NCBI GenBank assembly: GCA_963784645.1
Contig: CAWARY010000015.1
Location: 497,688 to 561,687 of the forward strand
Reading direction: 5' to 3'
Length of the DNA stretch: 64,000 nucleotides
Source: an uncultured Actinomycetota bacterium
GTDB lineage: Bacteria > Actinomycetota > Actinomycetes > JACCUZ01
Part shown: positions 46,702 through 58,800 of the stretch, piece by piece
Position numbering within the stretch: position 1 is the first letter of the stretch
How the letters are laid out: the number at the start of each line of letters is the position of its first letter
The notes under the pieces: model-generated
What the model was told of the DNA's origin: nothing
The model's database searches: none
What the model saw: the letters and a program-made list of their open reading frames with translations, nothing else
Made by a program: the position numbers and the translations under genes

Positions 46702-49221
46702 GTGAGCGACTCGACCACGGACCCGTACCAGCTCGCCCGCGACGCCGCCGCCGCCCTGCGGCAGGCGACCGGCACCGAGACGCACGAGGTCGCCCTGGTG
46801 ATGGGGTCCGGCTGGGTGCCCGCCGCGGAGATGCTCGGCGAGACCGCCGCAGAGCTGCCGGTCACCGACCTCCCCGGCTTCCACGGCGCCGCGGTCGCCG
46901 GGCACGCCGGCACGGTGCGGTCGGTGGTCGTCGGGAAGAAGCGCGCCCTGGTCTTCCTCGGCCGGACCCACCTCTACGAGGGCCGCGGGGTGGCCTCTGT
47001 CGTGCACGGGGTCCGCACCGCCGTGGCCGCTGGTGCCCGCGTGGTCGTGCTCACGAACGGCTGCGGCGGCCTGCGCCCGACGTTCTCGCCCGGCCAGCCG
47101 GTGCTCATCAGGGACCACATCAACCTGACGGCGACCTCGCCCCTCGTGGGCGCCACGTTCGTCGACCTCACCGACCTCTACTCGCCGCGGCTGCGCGCCC
47201 TGTGCCGGGAGGTGGACCCCTCCCTCGAGGAGGGCGTCTACGTGCAGTTCCCGGGGCCGCACTACGAGACACCGGCCGAGATCGGCATGGTCCGCGCGAT
47301 CGGCGGAGACCTGGTGGGCATGTCGACGACGCTCGAGGCGATCGCCGCTCGCGAGGCGGGTGCCGAGGTGCTGGGCATCTCCCTGGTCACCAACCTCGCG
47401 GCCGGGATGACCGGCGAGCCCCTCGACCACGCCGAGGTCCTCGAGGCGGGCCGGGCCGCCGCCACCCGGATGGGTGGGCTGCTCTCCCGCGTGGTCGACG
47501 CAGCTGTGACCCCCGACGGCAGGGCGTCGGGTCGTGGCCAGGGTCACGAGCACCGCAGCAGCGCCGACACGGTCGACGCGGTGAGTGTCGCCGAGGCGTG
47601 GCTCGCCGAGGACCCTGACCCGGACACTCGCACCGAGCTGCAGGACCTGCTCGAGGCCGGCGACACGGCGGCCCTGACCGACCGCTTCGGCAGCCGCCTC
47701 GAGTTCGGTACGGCCGGTCTGCGCGGCGCCCTCGGGGCCGGTCCGAACCGCATGAACCGGGTCGTCGTGAGCCGCGCAGCCGCCGGCCTCGCGACGTACA
47801 CGAAGGCACACGGCGGCACGTCGGTGGTGGTCGGCTACGACGCCCGCCACAAGTCCGACGTGTTCGCGCGCGACACCGCCGAGGTGATGGCCGGTGCCGG
47901 CCTGCGCGCCGCGGTGCTGCCCCGACCGCTGCCCACCCCGGTGCTGGCCTTCGCGATCCGGCACCTCGGTGCCGATGCCGGGGTGATGGTGACCGCGTCG
48001 CACAACCCGCCGCAGGACAACGGCTACAAGGTCTATCTCGGTGACGGCTCGCAGATCGTGGCTCCGGCGGATGCCGAGATCTCGGCCGAGATCGAGGCGG
48101 TCGGCCCCCTGGCCGCCGTACCCCGCGGGGACGGCTGGGAGGCGCTCGGCGAGGAGGTCCTCGAGGCGTACCTCGACCGGGTCGCCTCGCTCGTCGACCC
48201 GCAGTCGCCGCGCGACCTGTCGATCGTCTACACACCGCTGCACGGAGTGGGCCGCGACGTCGTGCTCGCGGCTTTCGACCGGGCTGGTTTCGCCGCGCCC
48301 ACAGTGGTGTCGCAGCAGGGCGACCCGGACCCGGACTTCAGCACCGTGGCGTTCCCCAACCCCGAGGAGCCCGGGGCGATCGACCTCGCACTCGCGGCCG
48401 CGGTCGAGCACGGCGCCGACGTGGTGCTGGCGAACGACCCGGACGCCGACCGGTGCGCCGTCGCGGTGCCCGACGAGGGGGCCGACGGCGGGTGGCGGAT
48501 GCTGCGCGGCGACGAGGTGGGTGCGCTGCTGGCCGCGCACCTGGTGCGCCGCGACCCGTCGATCACCGGCACGTTCGCGGCGTCGATCGTGTCGTCCTCG
48601 CTGCTGGGCCGCATCGCCGCGGCCCACGGCCTCGACTACCGCGAGACCCTCACCGGCTTCAAGTGGATCTCGCGGGTCGAAGGCCTGCGCTACGGCTACG
48701 AGGAGGCCCTCGGCTACTGCGTCGACCCGGCCGGCGTCCGTGACAAGGACGGCGTCTCTGCGGCCCTGCTGGTTGCCGAGCTGGCCGCCACCCTCAAGGC
48801 CGAGGGCCGTGGCCTGCTGGACCTGCTCGACGACCTGGCCCGCGAGCACGGCCTGCACGCCACCGACCAGCTCTCGGTGCGCGTCGACGACGTGGCGCTG
48901 ATCGAGGACGCGATGGCCCGGCTGCGCGCCGAGCCGCCCACCTCGCTGGGCGGCCGGGCCGTCGAGCAGACCGACGACCTCGCCGACGGCGCGGGCGACC
49001 TCCCGCCGACCGACGGCCTGCGGTACACCCTCGCCGACCCTGTCTCCGGGGGGTCGGGCCGCGTCGTCGTGCGGCCCTCGGGCACCGAGCCGAAGCTCAA
49101 GGCCTACCTCGAGGTCGTCGTCCCGGTGCGTGACGGCGACCTCGCCACCGCCCGCCGCACGGCGACCGCCGACCTCGCCGCGATCACGCGCGACGTCGCG
49201 ACGGCCCTCGCTCTGGGCTGA
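46702..49221 (+). CDS. apparent in-frame fusion: purine nucleoside phosphorylase (PunA/DeoD-type, N-terminal ~275 aa) + phosphomannomutase/phosphopentomutase-family phospho-sugar mutase (C-terminal ~540 aa)
   Basis: N-terminal: ...[10 protein letters not shown]...HLYEGRG...[53 protein letters not shown] (PNP). A ~25-aa linker. Then [20 protein letters not shown]...FGTAGLRG...[15 protein letters not shown] (phosphoserine loop)...[10 protein letters not shown]...[14 protein letters not shown] (mutase). Single uninterrupted 839-aa ORF. Confidence 0.75.
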   Translation: MSDSTTDPYQLARDAAAALRQATGTETHEVALVMGSGWVPAAEMLGETAAELPVTDLPGFHGAAVAGHAGTVRSVVVGKKRALVFLGRTHLYEGRGVASVVHGVRTAVAAGARVVVLTNGCGGLRPTFSPGQPVLIRDHINLTATSPLVGATFVDLTDLYSPRLRALCREVDPSLEEGVYVQFPGPHYETPAEIGMVRAIGGDLVGMSTTLEAIAAREAGAEVLGISLVTNLAAGMTGEPLDHAEVLEAGRAAATRMGGLLSRVVDAAVTPDGRASGRGQGHEHRSSADTVDAVSVAEAWLAEDPDPDTRTELQDLLEAGDTAALTDRFGSRLEFGTAGLRGALGAGPNRMNRVVVSRAAAGLATYTKAHGGTSVVVGYDARHKSDVFARDTAEVMAGAGLRAAVLPRPLPTPVLAFAIRHLGADAGVMVTASHNPPQDNGYKVYLGDGSQIVAPADAEISAEIEAVGPLAAVPRGDGWEALGEEVLEAYLDRVASLVDPQSPRDLSIVYTPLHGVGRDVVLAAFDRAGFAAPTVVSQQGDPDPDFSTVAFPNPEEPGAIDLALAAAVEHGADVVLANDPDADRCAVAVPDEGADGGWRMLRGDEVGALLAAHLVRRDPSITGTFAASIVSSSLLGRIAAAHGLDYRETLTGFKWISRVEGLRYGYEEALGYCVDPAGVRDKDGVSAALLVAELAATLKAEGRGLLDLLDDLAREHGLHATDQLSVRVDDVALIEDAMARLRAEPPTSLGGRAVEQTDDLADGAGDLPPTDGLRYTLADPVSGGSGRVVVRPSGTEPKLKAYLEVVVPVRDGDLATARRTATADLAAITRDVATALALG

Positions 49222-50368
49222 GCTGCTCGAGCCGGTCGACCACCGCATCCGGCGCAGGCATGGCCGCGATCTCGTCGCGCACGCGCTCGGCACCGGCCGT
49301 CAGGTCGGGCCGGGCCAGAACGCCGCGCACCGCTGCGGCGATCGCCGGCCCGCTCGCCTCATCCGGGTGCAGTCCGATGCCGGCCCCGGCCCGCACCACG
49401 CCGGTGGTGTTGCGGAACTGGTCGGCCGCCTGCGGGAGGCACACCTGGGGCAGCCCCAGCGCCGCTGCGGCCAGGACCGTGCCCGAACCACCGTGCGACA
49501 CCACCGCCGCGCAGTGCGCCAGCACCTCCACCTGCGGGACCCAGCGCTCCACCCGGACGTGGGCCGGCTGCGGGCCGAGGGCCGCAGGGTCCCCGCTGGG
49601 GCCGACCGTCGCCAGCACCCGTACGTCGAGCTCGGCCACCGCCTTCACGGCCGACCCCAGCACGTCAGCCGAGGAGCTGACCGTGCCGAGCGTGACGTAG
49701 ACCAGGGGCCGACCGTCGTCGGCTGGCAACAGCGCAGGGACGGTGGCTGGGTCCGCGTCGGACCAGAGCTCCGGGCGCGCGGCCTGCACCTCGGCGACGT
49801 GCTCCAGCGGCACGGTCTGCAACGACAGCGGGCAGATGTCGAGGTAGAGGTGCTGGTAGCACCCGGCGTACGGCGGCACCTGCAACCCGTGCTCGGACCA
49901 CAGTCCGGCGAGCCGTCCGGCCGCCGCGGCGACGAACTCCCCCGGGACCGCGCCGCCGAACGCGTGCACCGCGTGGGGCACGTCCAGCAGAGTGGCCACC
50001 AGCGGACCGGCGAGCTCGCCCTGCTCGTGCACGAGCAGGTCCGGCTGCCACGCACGCGCCAGCGGGAGCAGCGCCTCGACCATCGGCGGCGTCCTCGTCT
50101 CGCCGAACAGCAGCGGGAATATCAGCGTCGGCAGCGCCTCGGGTGCCAGGCCCGCGAGCGATGTCCGCATCTCGGCCCGGACCGGCGCGATGTCGGCGTC
50201 GGTGAGCCCTGCCTCGGCTGCGTCGAGGCCGACGGCACGCACCCGGGTGCAGGCGTCGGCCGAGGTGGCCCACAGGACGGCGTGACCGCGAGCCTGGAGC
50301 GCCAGCGCGAGCGGCACCATCGGCAGCACGTGGCCGTAGCCCGGCGTCGACGTGACGAGCACCCGCAC
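49184..50368 (-). CDS. GT1-family glycosyltransferase (MGT/UDP-glucuronosyl/glucosyltransferase-like)
   Basis: [24 protein letters not shown]...C-terminal donor-binding motif [32 protein letters not shown]. 3' end overlaps the PNP-mutase gene convergently by 38 bp. Confidence 0.8.
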   Translation of the reverse strand: MRVLVTSTPGYGHVLPMVPLALALQARGHAVLWATSADACTRVRAVGLDAAEAGLTDADIAPVRAEMRTSLAGLAPEALPTLIFPLLFGETRTPPMVEALLPLARAWQPDLLVHEQGELAGPLVATLLDVPHAVHAFGGAVPGEFVAAAAGRLAGLWSEHGLQVPPYAGCYQHLYLDICPLSLQTVPLEHVAEVQAARPELWSDADPATVPALLPADDGRPLVYVTLGTVSSSADVLGSAVKAVAELDVRVLATVGPSGDPAALGPQPAHVRVERWVPQVEVLAHCAAVVSHGGSGTVLAAAALGLPQVCLPQAADQFRNTTGVVRAGAGIGLHPDEASGPAIAAAVRGVLARPDLTAGAERVRDEIAAMPAPDAVVDRLEQLSPERGPSRRRA

Positions 50369-50446
50369 AGGAGCCTCCGTGCCGCGCGCGCATCTGCACC
50401 GGTCGGCGCGACGGAGCCGACCGTACTCCGGCCGACCCGAGCTGTC

Positions 50447-53400
50447 AGTGCACGAGCTGGGCCGGGGTCCCCTGCGTCGGGATGACGAGCACCGGATCCG
50501 GCAGCGGCGCCTCGGCGACCGACCGGACGCCGAGTGCGCGCAGGATCGTCGCCGCCGACAGGCGCATCCCCTCGGACCTCGCGGGATCGGTCGTGGCGAC
50601 CACCCGGGACCACTCGTGCAGCGTCAGCGCCAGCTCGAAGTCCGCCTTCGACGTCGGTCGCCCGGCCTCGGCTCAGGTGCAGCCGTGCGCTCGGCGCCGG
50701 CGAGGTCGCCGGTCTGGGCCAGCGCGAGGCCGCCCAGGCGGTCGAGCATCGCGAGCGACGACGGGCATGCCGCCGAGGGACTCGGCGTGCGCGCTGGCCG
50801 CGGCGAGGACCGGGAGAGCCGCCGCGCCGTCGCCACGGAGGACGAGCGTGCTCGGCCTCCCGGCTGTCCAGCTCGACGAGGAACGCGTCGGCGCCGATCC
50901 GCTCGAAGTGCCGGCGCGCCTCGGCGAACAGCTCGCGCGCCTCGTCGAAGCGGCCAGCGCGGCTCGCGACCCGGCCAAGGTTGCTCAGGCACAGCCCCAG
51001 ACCGACCGGGAAGGTCACCGACCGCCAGAGCGCCAGCGCCTCCCGGAACATGGCCTCCGCCTCAGCGAGCTCACCCTGGTCGGACAGGATCTCGCCGATG
51101 TTGTTCAGGGCGGTGCCGTCGACCATGACGTTGCCGGACCGCCGGCACAGGTCCCGGGTCCGCTCGTAGAACTCGCGGGCGAGGTCCCACCGACCCTCGT
51201 AGTAGGCATCGATGCCGAGGTTGTTGAGCACCCCGGCCTGACCGAACAGGTCGCCGAGCCGCTCGTAGATGGGGAGGGCCTTCTCGCGGTAGTCGGCTGC
51301 CTCCGGCCGGCCGAGGTCGGTGAGCACCCAGTCCAGCAGGTAGTAGGCGTGGGCGAGGGTGGGCTCGTCGTGCAGCTGCTCGGCCGCGACGGCCGCGCGC
51401 TCGAGCAGAGGCAGGCTCTCCGCGTAGCGGCCCTGCCGGGCCCGGGCAGCGCCGTAGGCCATGGTCAGCTGGGCGCGCAGCCGGGCGGCGTGCTCGTCGT
51501 CGCGGTCGGCGATCCGCCGCCCAGCCCGGGTGTACCAGGACAGCGCGCTGCTGTAGCGGCCGGAGCGCTCCCGGACCCAGCCCTCCTTCTTCAGCAGCCC
51601 GGCGACCCGGAGGTCGTCCTCGAGCACCGAGCGGCGAGCCTGAGCGAACGCCGTGGCCGCGTCGTCGTAGCGACCGTCGAGCTCGAACGCGTCGCCCAGG
51701 TGCTCGCCGACCTCGGCTCGGTCGGCGGCCGCGACGTCGGGCAGGTGCACTGCGGCGTCGAGCGCCCAGCGCAGGAACCTGGCAGCCTCGACCGGCGCGG
51801 CGTTGCGACGTGCCCGCTCGCCGGCGGCTCCGACAGCTGCGCCAGGCGTCGGCGTGCCGGTCTGCCAGCGCGGTAGTGCAGGGCCAGCAGGTCGACCAGC
51901 GACTCCTGCGCCTGGGCCCGGGGAGCGAGGACGTCACCGACCTGGCCGTGCAGGACCCGGCGCCGTCGGAACGGGAGCCCCTCGTACGCCACGTCGCGGA
52001 CCATGACGTGCTGGAACCGCATGGCCCCAGCCGGGTCCGGCGCGACGAAGCGGTCGATGCGGGCCAGCCGCGCTTCGACCGCCGGCACCGGCTGACCGAT
52101 CACCTCGGCCAGGACGTCGACGTCGAACTTCGCACCGAGGACCGCGGCTACGCGCAGCAGCTCGCGGTCGACCCGGGCCAGCTGGTCGATGGTGGCGCCG
52201 ACCACCTCCTCCAGCGTGTCCGGCAGGAGCGCAAGGTCCGTGCCGTCGCTGCCGTCGGCGACGGCCTGCAGCAGCTCGCGCAGGAACAGCGGGTTGCCGG
52301 CGGCGCGGCCGGCCAGGACGGCCCGCGCGCTGGGGACCAGGGGTCGCTGCTCCGCCACGCGCAGCAGCAGCCGGCCGCTCTCGGCGTCAGACAGCGGTTC
52401 GAGCTCGAGGACGACGGGTTCGGTGGTGGGATCGGGCACCCAGCCCTCGTCCCCGGGTCGGCGGGAGACGCACACGAGCCAGGGCCGGTCGGCCACGTGC
52501 GAGGTGATGTGGCCCAGGAGCTCGGCGGTGGCGTCGTCGAGGCGGTGCGCGTCCTCGACGAGGAGCACCATGGGGCCGGGCAGCGCCCGGGCGAGCAGGT
52601 TGGCCAGCTGCACATGGCGCACCGTCGCGCGGAACTCCGCACCCAGGGCTGCGACCTCGGGGGTGTCCGGCAGGTCGACGCCGACGACGGTCCCGATCAG
52701 GGGCAGCCACGGCACGGCAGCTCGCGTCGGCGCTGCTGCACCGCCGCCGTCAGCCTGGCCACGACGGTCTCGTCGTCGTCCCGCAGCGTCGCGCCGATGA
52801 GGCCGCGCATCGCCGACCGCACCGCGAAGTACGGCGTCGCCGCGGAGTAGCGCCCGCCCTCGACCCGAAGCACGGGGACGCCGTCGTCTCCCAGCAGCGA
52901 CTCGGCGACGAGCCGTGACTTGCCGATGCCGGGCTCGCCGGTGACGACGACCACCCGGCCGAGGCCGGCCTTGGCGGACTCCAGAGCACCGGTCAGCGCG
53001 GCCACCTCCCGCTCGCGACCGACGAAGGGCAGCTCGTGGTCGGCCGACGAGCGGCGACCGGTGGGCGCACCGACCACGCCGGCCCGGACCGGGTGCGACT
53101 TGCCCTTGACGGTGAACGGCTCCAGCCGACGAACGTCGAAGACTCCGTCGACGTGGTCGAGCAGTGCCTCGGTGGCGACCACCTCGCCCGGCGCACCACG
53201 GCCCATGACCCGGGCCGCGAGGTTGGTGGCGTCGCCCATGACGGCGTACGTGCGGCGCTCGTCGGTGCCCACGTCGACGGCGAATGCGCGACCGCGGTTC
53301 ACCCCGGCCCGCACCAGCAACGGCCCTGCACCGCAACGGTGTCACGCAGGACGAGGAGGATCCGTTCCTCGTCGCGCTCGCCGAGCCGGGGTGCACCGGC

Positions 53401-54294
53401 AACCAGCAGGATCTTGCCGCCGTCGGCGTCGACGTCCGTGGCGAGGAACGTGACGTCATGCGCGACGCAGGACCGCTGTGCGGCGGCAACCACGGCCTCC
53501 ACGGCAGCAGCCACGGCGTCCGGACCCTCGGCGTCGAGCAGCTCGTCGGTGCCGCGGAGCTGGACGAACGCGAGGCTCGCGACCCGGTGCTCGCCGTCCT
53601 CGCGGCCGCCGCGCAGGTACTCGCGCAGCACGGCCGGGAGGCCGCTGCCGGCGACGGCGTCAGCAACTGTGCCCGAGGCCGGGGCGGCGGCCAGCGGTGC
53701 GCCGCGCAGCACGACCGGGCCGTCGTCGGGCACCCGCAGCCAGGTGGGGTCGAGCTGGGCGGCCGCTACCGGCCCGACGAGGACCTCGCCACCCTGCGCG
53801 AGGTTCTCCAGGCTGACTGCTGCCGAGACGACCGGCCCGACGGCGAACAGCTCGCGGTGACTGTCTCCCACGAGCAGCAGGTGGACGTCGCCGGACTCGA
53901 ACCCGATCGACATCGTGAGCCGCACCCAGCCACCACCGGTGCGGAACCGGCGGAACGGGCGCAGCGCGGTGAGCAGTCCCTCGCCGCAGCCGGCCGCACG
54001 GCGGGCGTGACCGTCGCCGGTGAAGAGAAGGAGCAGCGCGTCGCCCCCGAACTTCACGAGGTCGCCGCCCGCGGTACCCGCGACCGCGAGGAGCCGGCCG
54101 AACACGTCGTTGAGGACGTCGGTGAGCTCCTCGGCGCCGACCTTGCCCTGGCGAGCCAGCCGTTCGGTCAGCGGCGTGAACCCGGAGACGTCGGCGAAGA
54201 GGATGGTGCCGTCGACCGTGCGTCGGCGGGCCTCCGGATCGGTGGCCAACCACTCGAGGGCAACCCGCGCAAGGTACGGCGACAACGAGTCCAT
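50447..54294 (-). pseudogene. frameshift-disrupted adenylate cyclase (x2 CHD) - AAA ATPase - TPR signalling gene (about 1280 codons in at least 5 frame segments)
   Basis: Minus-strand pieces: 54294-53299 (CHD1 complete + first half of CHD2) | 53320-52697 (second half of CHD2, AGVNRGRAFAVDVG...YAVMGDATNLAARV, and P-loop GEPGIGKSRLV) | 53666-frame segment (Walker B MVLLVEDAHRLDDA...) | 51750-frame segment (TPR repeats) | 50992-frame segment | terminal piece ending PAQLVH-stop at 50447. Each junction needs a +/-1 shift. Domains are continuous across the breaks. Confidence 0.7.
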
Positions 54295-54530
54295 CGACGG
54301 TCCCGACACCGCGGCACCCCGCCCTCCGCTACCTGCGGGCAAGTGTGCGGTCCGGAGCCGTCCCGCGTCGAGTGATCTGTCCGATCTGCGCCGTCCTGGA
54401 CGCGGCAGCGGCCCCGCATGGCACTCCGGACTACGTGCCGCGATAGCCCGTTCGGGTGGTGGCGGCAGTCCCACCGAGGGTGGAGGCTGCCACCGGGCTT
54501 GGGGGGACACCGATGCCTGGGGGAACGCAG

Positions 54531-55815
54531 ATGAACCGCATCCAGCGGGGGACCGCACGCGTCGTACCGGCGCTGCTGCTGGCCGCCATGGTCACCACGC
54601 TCGCGGGCACCCCGGCCCAGGCCGACCCCCCGGCCAGCGGACCCGGCTCGTACGACACGAGCTTCGGGGACGGCACCGGCCGCGTGAACTACGGCAACGG
54701 CTTCGGCGAGTCGTTCGACTCGGTGGCCGTCCAGCCCGACGGGAAGATCGTGCGCGGGATTCCTGGCTGCCGGCAGCGGCGTCTACATCTACCGGCTCCG
54801 CGCCGAACGGCACCATCGATGGCGGCTGGGGCGGCGGCTCGCCGTACTTCTGGAGAGCGACGACACCCCCGCGCGGCCCGCGGCCGGGCGCCGCGCTGGC
54901 GCAGGACAACGACGGCCGCACGTACGTCACCTCCGGTCTCGCCAACGGCGGCAACCCCTTGGTGGCGGTCCTTCGGCTGACGACTGCCGGCCTGCCTGAC
55001 CCCTCCTGGGGCACCAGCGGGCGTCGCACGTACGACTTCCCCGGTGGCAACGCCAACGACCATGGCACGACCGTCGCGGTCGACGAGAGCCGCGGCCGGG
55101 TCTACGTAGGCGCCTGGGAGGGACCCAACAGCGGGAGCTGGACCGACTTCGCGGTCCTCGCGTTCAAGCAGAGCGACGGGACGCTGGACACCACATTCGG
55201 CCAAGCCGGTGTCGCGACGAAGGACTTCAACGGCCGCAACGACACGGTCCGGGACATCGCCGTCGCGCCGAACGGCGACGTGGTGGCGGTCGGCTACGTG
55301 GCCCAGTCCGCGGGCTCCGACGATGTCGGCGCCTGGCGAGTCGACCCGAACGGGAACCCGGTGTCCAGCTTCGGGGACGGCACCGGGTGGAACGAGTTCG
55401 ACCTGGGCAACGGCTTCAACGACGGCGCCCGGTCGGTGGCCGTCGACAAGGAGGGCCGCATCTTCGTGTCGGTCCGCGTCGAGGGCAGCGAGAACTCGAC
55501 CGGCGGCGTCCTGCGGCTCGGCTCCGACGGCTACCCGACCAATGACTTCAACCGGACCGACGCCGCCTCGGGCCCCGGCTACGTCCTGACGCCCTTCGGC
55601 GCGCAGTACGGCGACAACGCCGGCCTCACCGTCGACCGCGCCGGCGAGGTCGTCGTGGTCGGGGGTCCGACATCCCCACGATCGCGAGGCTGACCGACGA
55701 GCGCTACCCGTTCGACACGACGTTCGCCGGCACCGGCTCCGAGACGCTCACCTGTCCGGGCGGAACGGCAGGGGCGGCGCAAGCCGTCGCCGTCCAGGCC
55801 GACGGCAAGATCGTC
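54531..55815 (+). pseudogene. N-terminal part of giant secreted protein: Sec signal peptide + delta-60-type beta-propeller repeats, split over three frames
   Basis: MNRIQRGTARVVPALLLAAMVTTLAGTPAQA then repeats (DTSFGDGTGRVNYGNGFGESFDSVAVQPDGKIV...). Frame changes near 54760-54830 (0 to 1 to 2) and at the GGGGG run near 55665 (2 to 1). The last repeat (AVQADGKIVVAGTCPES) reads straight into the 55816 ORF. Confidence 0.55.
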
Positions 55816-58800
55816 GTGGCCGGCACCTGTCCCGAGAGCGTAGCGCCCTTCAACGCCAACGTGAACGTGGTGTGGCGGCTGGATGGCGGCGACCAGGTGC
55901 CGCTCCCGACGACCCCGCTCGCCTACCCGTCGGGTCCGAACTACGCGAACCTGCACGCCACCGGCATCAGCGTCAACAGTGCCGGTCGGTCGGTCACCGT
56001 GGCCCCTGGCGCTGCGTTGACGCTTGGGTTCCATTACAGCTTCGACAACCCGGTTGCCACCGACATCTGCTCCAGCGTGTGCATCACGCAGGTCATCGCC
56101 GGGTTCACCAACGCCGGGCCGGACCTGTGCTTCGAGGCCGGCGGCGCCGAGAAGAACGGCGCCAACGCGACCGTCAGCGGCAGCCTCACCGCGCCCACGC
56201 GGCCCGGCCGGTACTACATCGGTTTCGGCCGCACGTACCAGAACGCGTGCTCCAGCGGTGGGGGCACCTGGACCGGTATCGGCAAGCCGTGGAGCGGCAA
56301 CCGGGTCCCCCAGGTGGGCGAGTTCCTCGCCGAGGTGAACGTCGTCGACGCCGTGAGCAACGTGTCCGTCTCGCCGGACCGCGCCTCCGTCCCGTTCGGG
56401 CAGCGGACAATCCCGGTGTCGTCCATCTCTGCCGACAGCCTCACCGGCTCGCTGGCGAACCTGCAGGCGGCTCCGCTGCGCGTCTCCCCGCTGCGGGTCT
56501 CCCCGCTGCGCGTCTCTCCGTTGCGCGTCAGCCCGCTGCGCGTCTCGCCGTTGCGCGTCAGCCCGCTGCGGGTCTCCCCGCTCCGGGTCTCGCCGCTGCG
56601 CGTCTCACCGATCCCGCTGTCCGACGTTCCGCTCGACCCGCCGAACGACTGGACCACCGTGCTGGCCGGGACCGTGTTCGCCAACCAGCCGCTGCAGAAC
56701 GTCACCCTCCAGCAGGTCCTCGACCTCGACCCGCCGCCGGCGTCGGTCGCCGCGCTGTCGCTGGCCGACATCGACCTGAGTCGGACCGCGCTGCGCAACG
56801 TCAGCCTGGTGGCGTTCCTGCTCGGCAGCACCCCGGTCTCGTCGCTCCAGCTGTCCGGCCTTTCCGGGGTGGACACCAGCAAGAGCCTGCTCGAGCTCGA
56901 GCTGACCGGAGTCGACGTCTCCGGCGCCTACGGCAACGGCATCCGGCTGGCGGCCGGCGCCAGCCTGGCCGACGACGCGCCGCTCAAGCGGATGCGCCTC
57001 GGCGACCTCTGGCTGTCCCAGACGCCGTTCGGCGCGCTCCCGCTCTCCTCGGTGCCCACCGGCTGGTACGCCGGCTGCACCGGCTGCACCACGCTCGCCG
57101 ACGTCCAGGCGAACGACGTCGACGCCGGCATCAAGGACGCCGCCACCGTCGGCAGTGCCCTCGGCGAGCAGCTGACTGGGTTCAACCCGACCATCGCCTC
57201 GATCCTGCCCGGGCTCGTGTCGCGCGACCAGCTCGGCTACGAGCGCATCCCCAGCGCGACACTTGCCGCCTCGGCCCCGCTGCCCAGCAGCGGCGTCACG
57301 TACACGGCGGCGTTCACCATCAACTGCTCGCTCTCGACCGGCCCGGTCACCGTCGACTTCACCCTTCCCGCCGGCTTCCGGCCGATCCCGTCGACCGCGT
57401 CGATCTCGGTCGCGAGCCTCGGCAACCTCGCCGTCACGACGTCCACCGTCGGATCCGCCTACCGGCTGACCAGCGCCGGTGTCGGCTGCTCGAGCACCCG
57501 GCAGGTCACCGCGAAGGTGGACGCCGAGCCGGGCCTCGCCCTCGGGTCCACCACCGACTCGGTCACCGCCACCTTCGCCGGCGTGAGCCGTAGCGTCAGC
57601 GACGCCGCCCCGGTCACGGTCATCGACAGCACGGGCGACATCGCGGTGTCGACCGACAACTCCAAGCCCACCGGCACCGTCTTCCTCGGCTACGTGTCCG
57701 CCCAGGGCGACCAGGACACGTACGTCCTGCCCGCGCTGCCCGCGGGCACCAGGCTCACGGTACGACTGGCCGGCATCACGGCCGGGCACGACGACGACCT
57801 GTCCGTGTTCGGCCCCGACGTGCCCGCGCTGCACGACTCCGTCGGCTCGGCACCGCTGCGGGTGTCCCCGCTGCGGGTGTCGCCGCTGCGGGTGTCCGGT
57901 GTCGACGACACCACGCTCGACCCGTCGTCGTCCGGGACAACGGCCGGCACCGAACCGCAGCCCGACGTGCCGGTCCAGCCGCCGCCGGGCACCAACGCCG
58001 TCCTCGGTGTCTCCGCGAACCGTGGGGCCGCTGACGAGTCGCTCACCTACACCGTGCCGGACGGGGCCTCCAGCGGCCCGACAAAGATCGTCGTCAGCGG
58101 CTACAACGGCTCGTCCGACACCGGGACCCCGTACGCGCTGCTCGTCTCGGTCGACCCACCCGCCGGGGCGCCGAGCTGCGCGGCCCCGTCGTTCCCGTCC
58201 GCCGGCCAGGGAACGTCCGCCGGCCCGGTCCTGACCAGCATCCCGTCGAACACCGAGACGCTGATCGTCACGAACAAGAAGCGCCTGGGCGACATCTACG
58301 GCGCAACTGCCGCGGACGCCGTCATGGCCAAGCTGCAGACGCTCGCTCTTCGCAGCGACGTCAAGGGCGTCGTCGTCTCCGTCGACGCGAGCTCCGCCGT
58401 GCAGGGCGCGTACACCGCGTGGGACGCGTCGTCCTGCTCGCCCGCCAACGCCAACGCCGTCGTCAAGGCGATCAACGGGTACCTCGACTCGATCCGCGGG
58501 ACCGCGCAGCTCAAGCACCTGGTCATCGCCGGCGGCGACCAGGTCGTGCCGATGGGGAGGGTCATCGACCGGGTCGACCTCGAGAACGAGTCGACCTTCG
58601 CACCCGAGCAGGTCTACAACGGCAAGGACAACGCGCTCTCCGGGTCGCTGCGCGGCGGCTACCTGCTCAGCGACGACCCGTACGGCGACCTCAACCCGGT
58701 GCCGTGGCTGGACAGCGCGCTCTACGTGCCCGACATCGCAATCGGTCGGCTGGTCGAGACCCCGGCCGACATCACCAAGGCGGTCGACCAGTTCGTGGCG

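Noticed and set aside
56473-56607. Possible CRISPR or minisatellite at the 15-bp tandem repeat.
   Set aside because: The repeat is in-frame inside a long ORF and encodes (PLRVS)n with synonymous variation. It is a coding linker repeat.
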